DNA of 64,000 bases from the human T2T-CHM13v2.0 reference genome, Homo sapiens: assembly GCF_009914755.1 (NCBI RefSeq), contig NC_060930.1. One strand, written 5' to 3'. Each line of letters opens with the position of its first letter. Within the stretch, counting starts at the first letter, position 1. Position numbers and translations under genes: made by a program. The notes below the pieces were generated by a model. It was not told the DNA's origin. It did no database searches and saw only the letters and a list, made by a program, of their open reading frames with translations. Of this stretch, positions 61,765-64,000 are shown in pieces.

Positions 61765-62097
61765 CAGACTTACCTCAGAGATATTGTAGTTTAGGCTCCA
61801 GACTATCACAATAAAGGGAATATTGCAATGAAGTGAGTCACACAAATCTTTTGGTTTTCCAGTACATATAAGGGTTATACTATACTGTAGTCTATTAATT
61901 ATGCAATAGCATTATGTCTAAAAAAGTGCATACTTTAAAATACTTTATTGTAAAAAAGATGCTGACAGAGACACAAAGTGAGCACATGCTGTTGGAAAAT
62001 GGCTCTGATAAGCTTTCTCAACTCATGGTTACTACAGACCTTCGATTTGTAAAAAAATGCATTATCTGTGAAGTATGATTTAAAAAAGTATGCCCAT
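61765..62097 (-). mobile_element. Internally deleted Tigger1 (TcMar-Tigger)
   Basis: Both ends present: 'cagacttacctcagagatattg...cacaataaag...gagtcacacaaat' joined to 'gacagagacacaaagtgagcacatgctgttggaaaatgg...agtatgcc'. Confidence 0.85.
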
Positions 62098-62129
62098 AGT
62101 TTGGTTCCAGGACTAGCTAGTCTCTAATA

Positions 62130-62830
62130 ACTAGCTCTACTGGTTATATTTTGAATTCTTTGGGATTTTCTATATACAAGATCATGTCTTCTAATAAAAG
62201 AGATTGTTTTATTTTGCCTTTCCAAATTGCTTTCTCTTGCCCAATTGCTTTGGCTAAAACTTCCAGTACGATGTTGAATGACAGTGGTGAAAATAGACAT
62301 CCATTATGATCCTAATCTTAGGGGATAAACATGTAATGTTTATAAACAGTGTTGTTAACTGAAGCATTTTTTCTTCCTTATTCTAGATTTATTGAAAATA
62401 AATAGTAGATTTATAGAAGGCAAGGATAAACATACAGATTCCTGCCATGTTAATATGTAATTTAACAACAAAATTATATGTCTGCTGCTAGATATGATAG
62501 AATAAAAATGATATTGCATTACTAATTTAACTGGAATCTATTTTATTATTAGTGAGGTTGAATATCTTTTATGTTTCTTGTGTGTATTCTTTTGTTAACA
62601 TCTCATACATTTTCCTATTTTTATTTTCATGTTTGTCTTTTAATATGCAAGTTTTTATATTGACTATTAACTTTTACCCATCTTATGTCTTGCAAAAGTC
62701 TTTCCTAGTATGACTTTTTTAAAAATGCCTTTCCATATAGTTTTAAAATTCTGTGGCATAAAATTTTTTATCTTTCATTTTATTCTTTCAGACTACGTGT
62801 CCTACTTTAAAAGTCCTATGTGGGTATAAT
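62130..62830 (-). mobile_element. Old L1M fragments
   Basis: 'gggattttctatatacaagatcatgtc...ttccagtacgatgttgaat...gacatcc...cctaatcttaggg'. Confidence 0.7.
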
Positions 62831-63372
62831 AAAAAATGAGTAATATTAGGTTAATCTACCAAATATTTTTTGAAAATTTGACAAACCCTTGAAATCCAAA
62901 ATGCAAAAGTATTTTATATCAATTACCAGTTTTAAATTAGGAGTCACATTTATTGTAAAAATAAACAATTTTTGATACTTGGAGAAAACAAAAAAGCATT
63001 CGATACAAGTAGTCCAAACAATTAGAAATTTTATTTCACATGCACAGTTTAGATATTACTTTATAAGGGGAAAACAGATACTTGAGTATGACATGGAGAA
63101 TTGTGACTTTGGAGGGTGGCAGCTTCTTAGCATGATTTCTTTTAAACTTCTGGTATAATCCTGTGACATTTCTGTAAATGACTACCACTGGAATCCTTTT
63201 TTGTGGCCCAGGTATTGACTTTCAGAACCCCTCATTAAAACATAGTTATGGCATCAGTCTATTACCAGTCCATAACATTATTACACTTATCCTGGGAAAA
63301 TAGGAAATACAAAAAAATTAATCCCTATTTAGAAATCTCTGCATAGCAGATATGATTGTGTTTTACGTACAT

Positions 63373-64000
<628 letters not shown>

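Overview
AT-rich, CpG-poor human genomic DNA. The species is inferred from a consensus-perfect, human-specific AluYb9 at 24842-25151. I see no recognisable cellular protein-coding exon, CpG island, tRNA or rRNA, so the window reads as deep intronic or intergenic sequence. It is dominated by retrotransposons: a near-full-length decayed L1PB (17.1-24.8 kb), a young 5'-truncated L1PA2/3-type element whose ORF2 remnant is the only long ORF, nested older L1M elements, 12 Alus, a solo LTR22 (HERV-K HML-5) and MaLR LTRs. L2, MIR, CR1 and DNA-transposon relics fill much of the rest. I found no evidence of a new biological system. The most interesting signals are DNA-repair and retrotransposition scars. 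(1) A ~97%-identical 185-bp inverted repeat of non-TE-looking sequence around a 1.5-kb spacer, with a fold-back hairpin and serial microduplications at one junction (58.1-60.0 kb). (2) A ~150-bp dispersed direct duplication that carries an LTR terminus (45.2/46.7 kb). (3) A probable L1 3' transduction (3.3-3.7 kb). (4) A 50-bp gene-conversion tract between tandem Alus. (5) An orphan TSD-flanked 59-bp micro-retroposition. There are also three candidate minus-strand non-coding exons. Repeat subfamily names come from recalled consensus sequences, and boundaries of old repeats are approximate.
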